Origin: an uncultured Planctomycetota bacterium
Lineage (GTDB): Bacteria; Planctomycetota; Planctomycetia; Gemmatales; Gemmataceae
Assembly (NCBI GenBank): GCA_963849325.1
Contig: CAWKHF010000007.1
Span: 288,001-352,000, forward strand
Reading direction: 5' to 3'
Length of the DNA: 64,000 bases
In this document: positions 63,721 to 64,000 of the stretch, piece by piece
Position numbering within the stretch: the first letter of the stretch is position 1
Layout: each line of letters starts with the position of its first letter
Program-made: the position numbers and the translations under genes
Notes under the pieces: generated by a model
Database searches by the model: none
Seen by the model: only the letters and a program-made list of their open reading frames with translations
What the model was told of the DNA's origin: nothing

Positions 63721-64000
63721 AATGGCGTTCGGTTAAGCGTAGCTTCTTTTGGGCATTGACGTTCGGTCGATCTTGGAAGGTTGGCGGCCTCCTGCCATGA
63801 TGGAGTTGTTCGGCCAACATCATTTCAGGAGGCCACCATGTCCAATATCTCGCAAGCGCTCCAACGCATCAAGGGCGATACCGCTCGATTCGTGGACCCA
63901 CCCCTCATCCACTCCCTTTGCCGGCAACTGCAACTCCGCGGACGCAACCGCCTGCTAACACCGGTCGTCACTACCCACCTGTTCGTCCGACAGGTTCTGG
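63721..64000 (+). mobile_element. Left end of an IS4-family element; transposase starts at 63838 and runs off the window
   Basis: End-like sequence aatggcgttcggttaag; GGAGG RBS, ATG 63838 MSNISQALQRIK...LCRQLQLRGRNRLLTPVVTTHLFVRQVL (R.R.L.P..T..LF..Q.L pattern of IS4 N-termini). Confidence 0.7.

Noticed and set aside
1694-63800. Numerous long antisense or alternate-frame ORFs (e.g. 1694..3031, 13634..15301, 30964..32634, 32592..34502, 36788..38374)
   Set aside because: Shadow ORFs expected in high-GC DNA opposite genes with clear family motifs; Arg/Ala/Pro-rich with no recognisable motifs.
1-64000. tRNA, rRNA or Sec machinery genes (selA/B/C/D)
   Set aside because: None recognised by eye in this window; a covariance-model search would be needed to exclude small RNAs.

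Overview
High-GC bacterial DNA that looks planctomycetal (Gemmataceae-like). It carries three DUF1501 genes, two DUF1549/DUF1553 clusters with planctomycete cytochrome-c domains, a TIGR03000 protein, an ECF sigma factor with a long C-terminal extension and a kinase-LRR protein. Many genes are split by single-base indels, most plausibly long-read or assembly errors. Recognisable core genes are glpX, ispE, spoVG, rpsU, an AlkA-type glycosylase, a delta-9 desaturase and a threonine dehydratase. A type III-like restriction-modification pair (mod/res) is separated by a 26-bp tandem array of a REP-like unit. The 9.9-24.6 kb region is scattered with gene fragments and IS remnants, and an IS4-type element begins at the right edge. 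The most notable observation is at the left edge. A secreted thioredoxin-like ORF 'ends' at LDDRFC-TGA, but the same frame stays open and protein-like to the window edge, resembles the Cys-Sec motif region of eukaryotic selenoprotein N, and has a SECIS-like hairpin 11 nt after the UGA. It is a candidate bacterial SelN-like selenoprotein that the ORF track misses. All family assignments come from motif recognition by eye; no searches were run.
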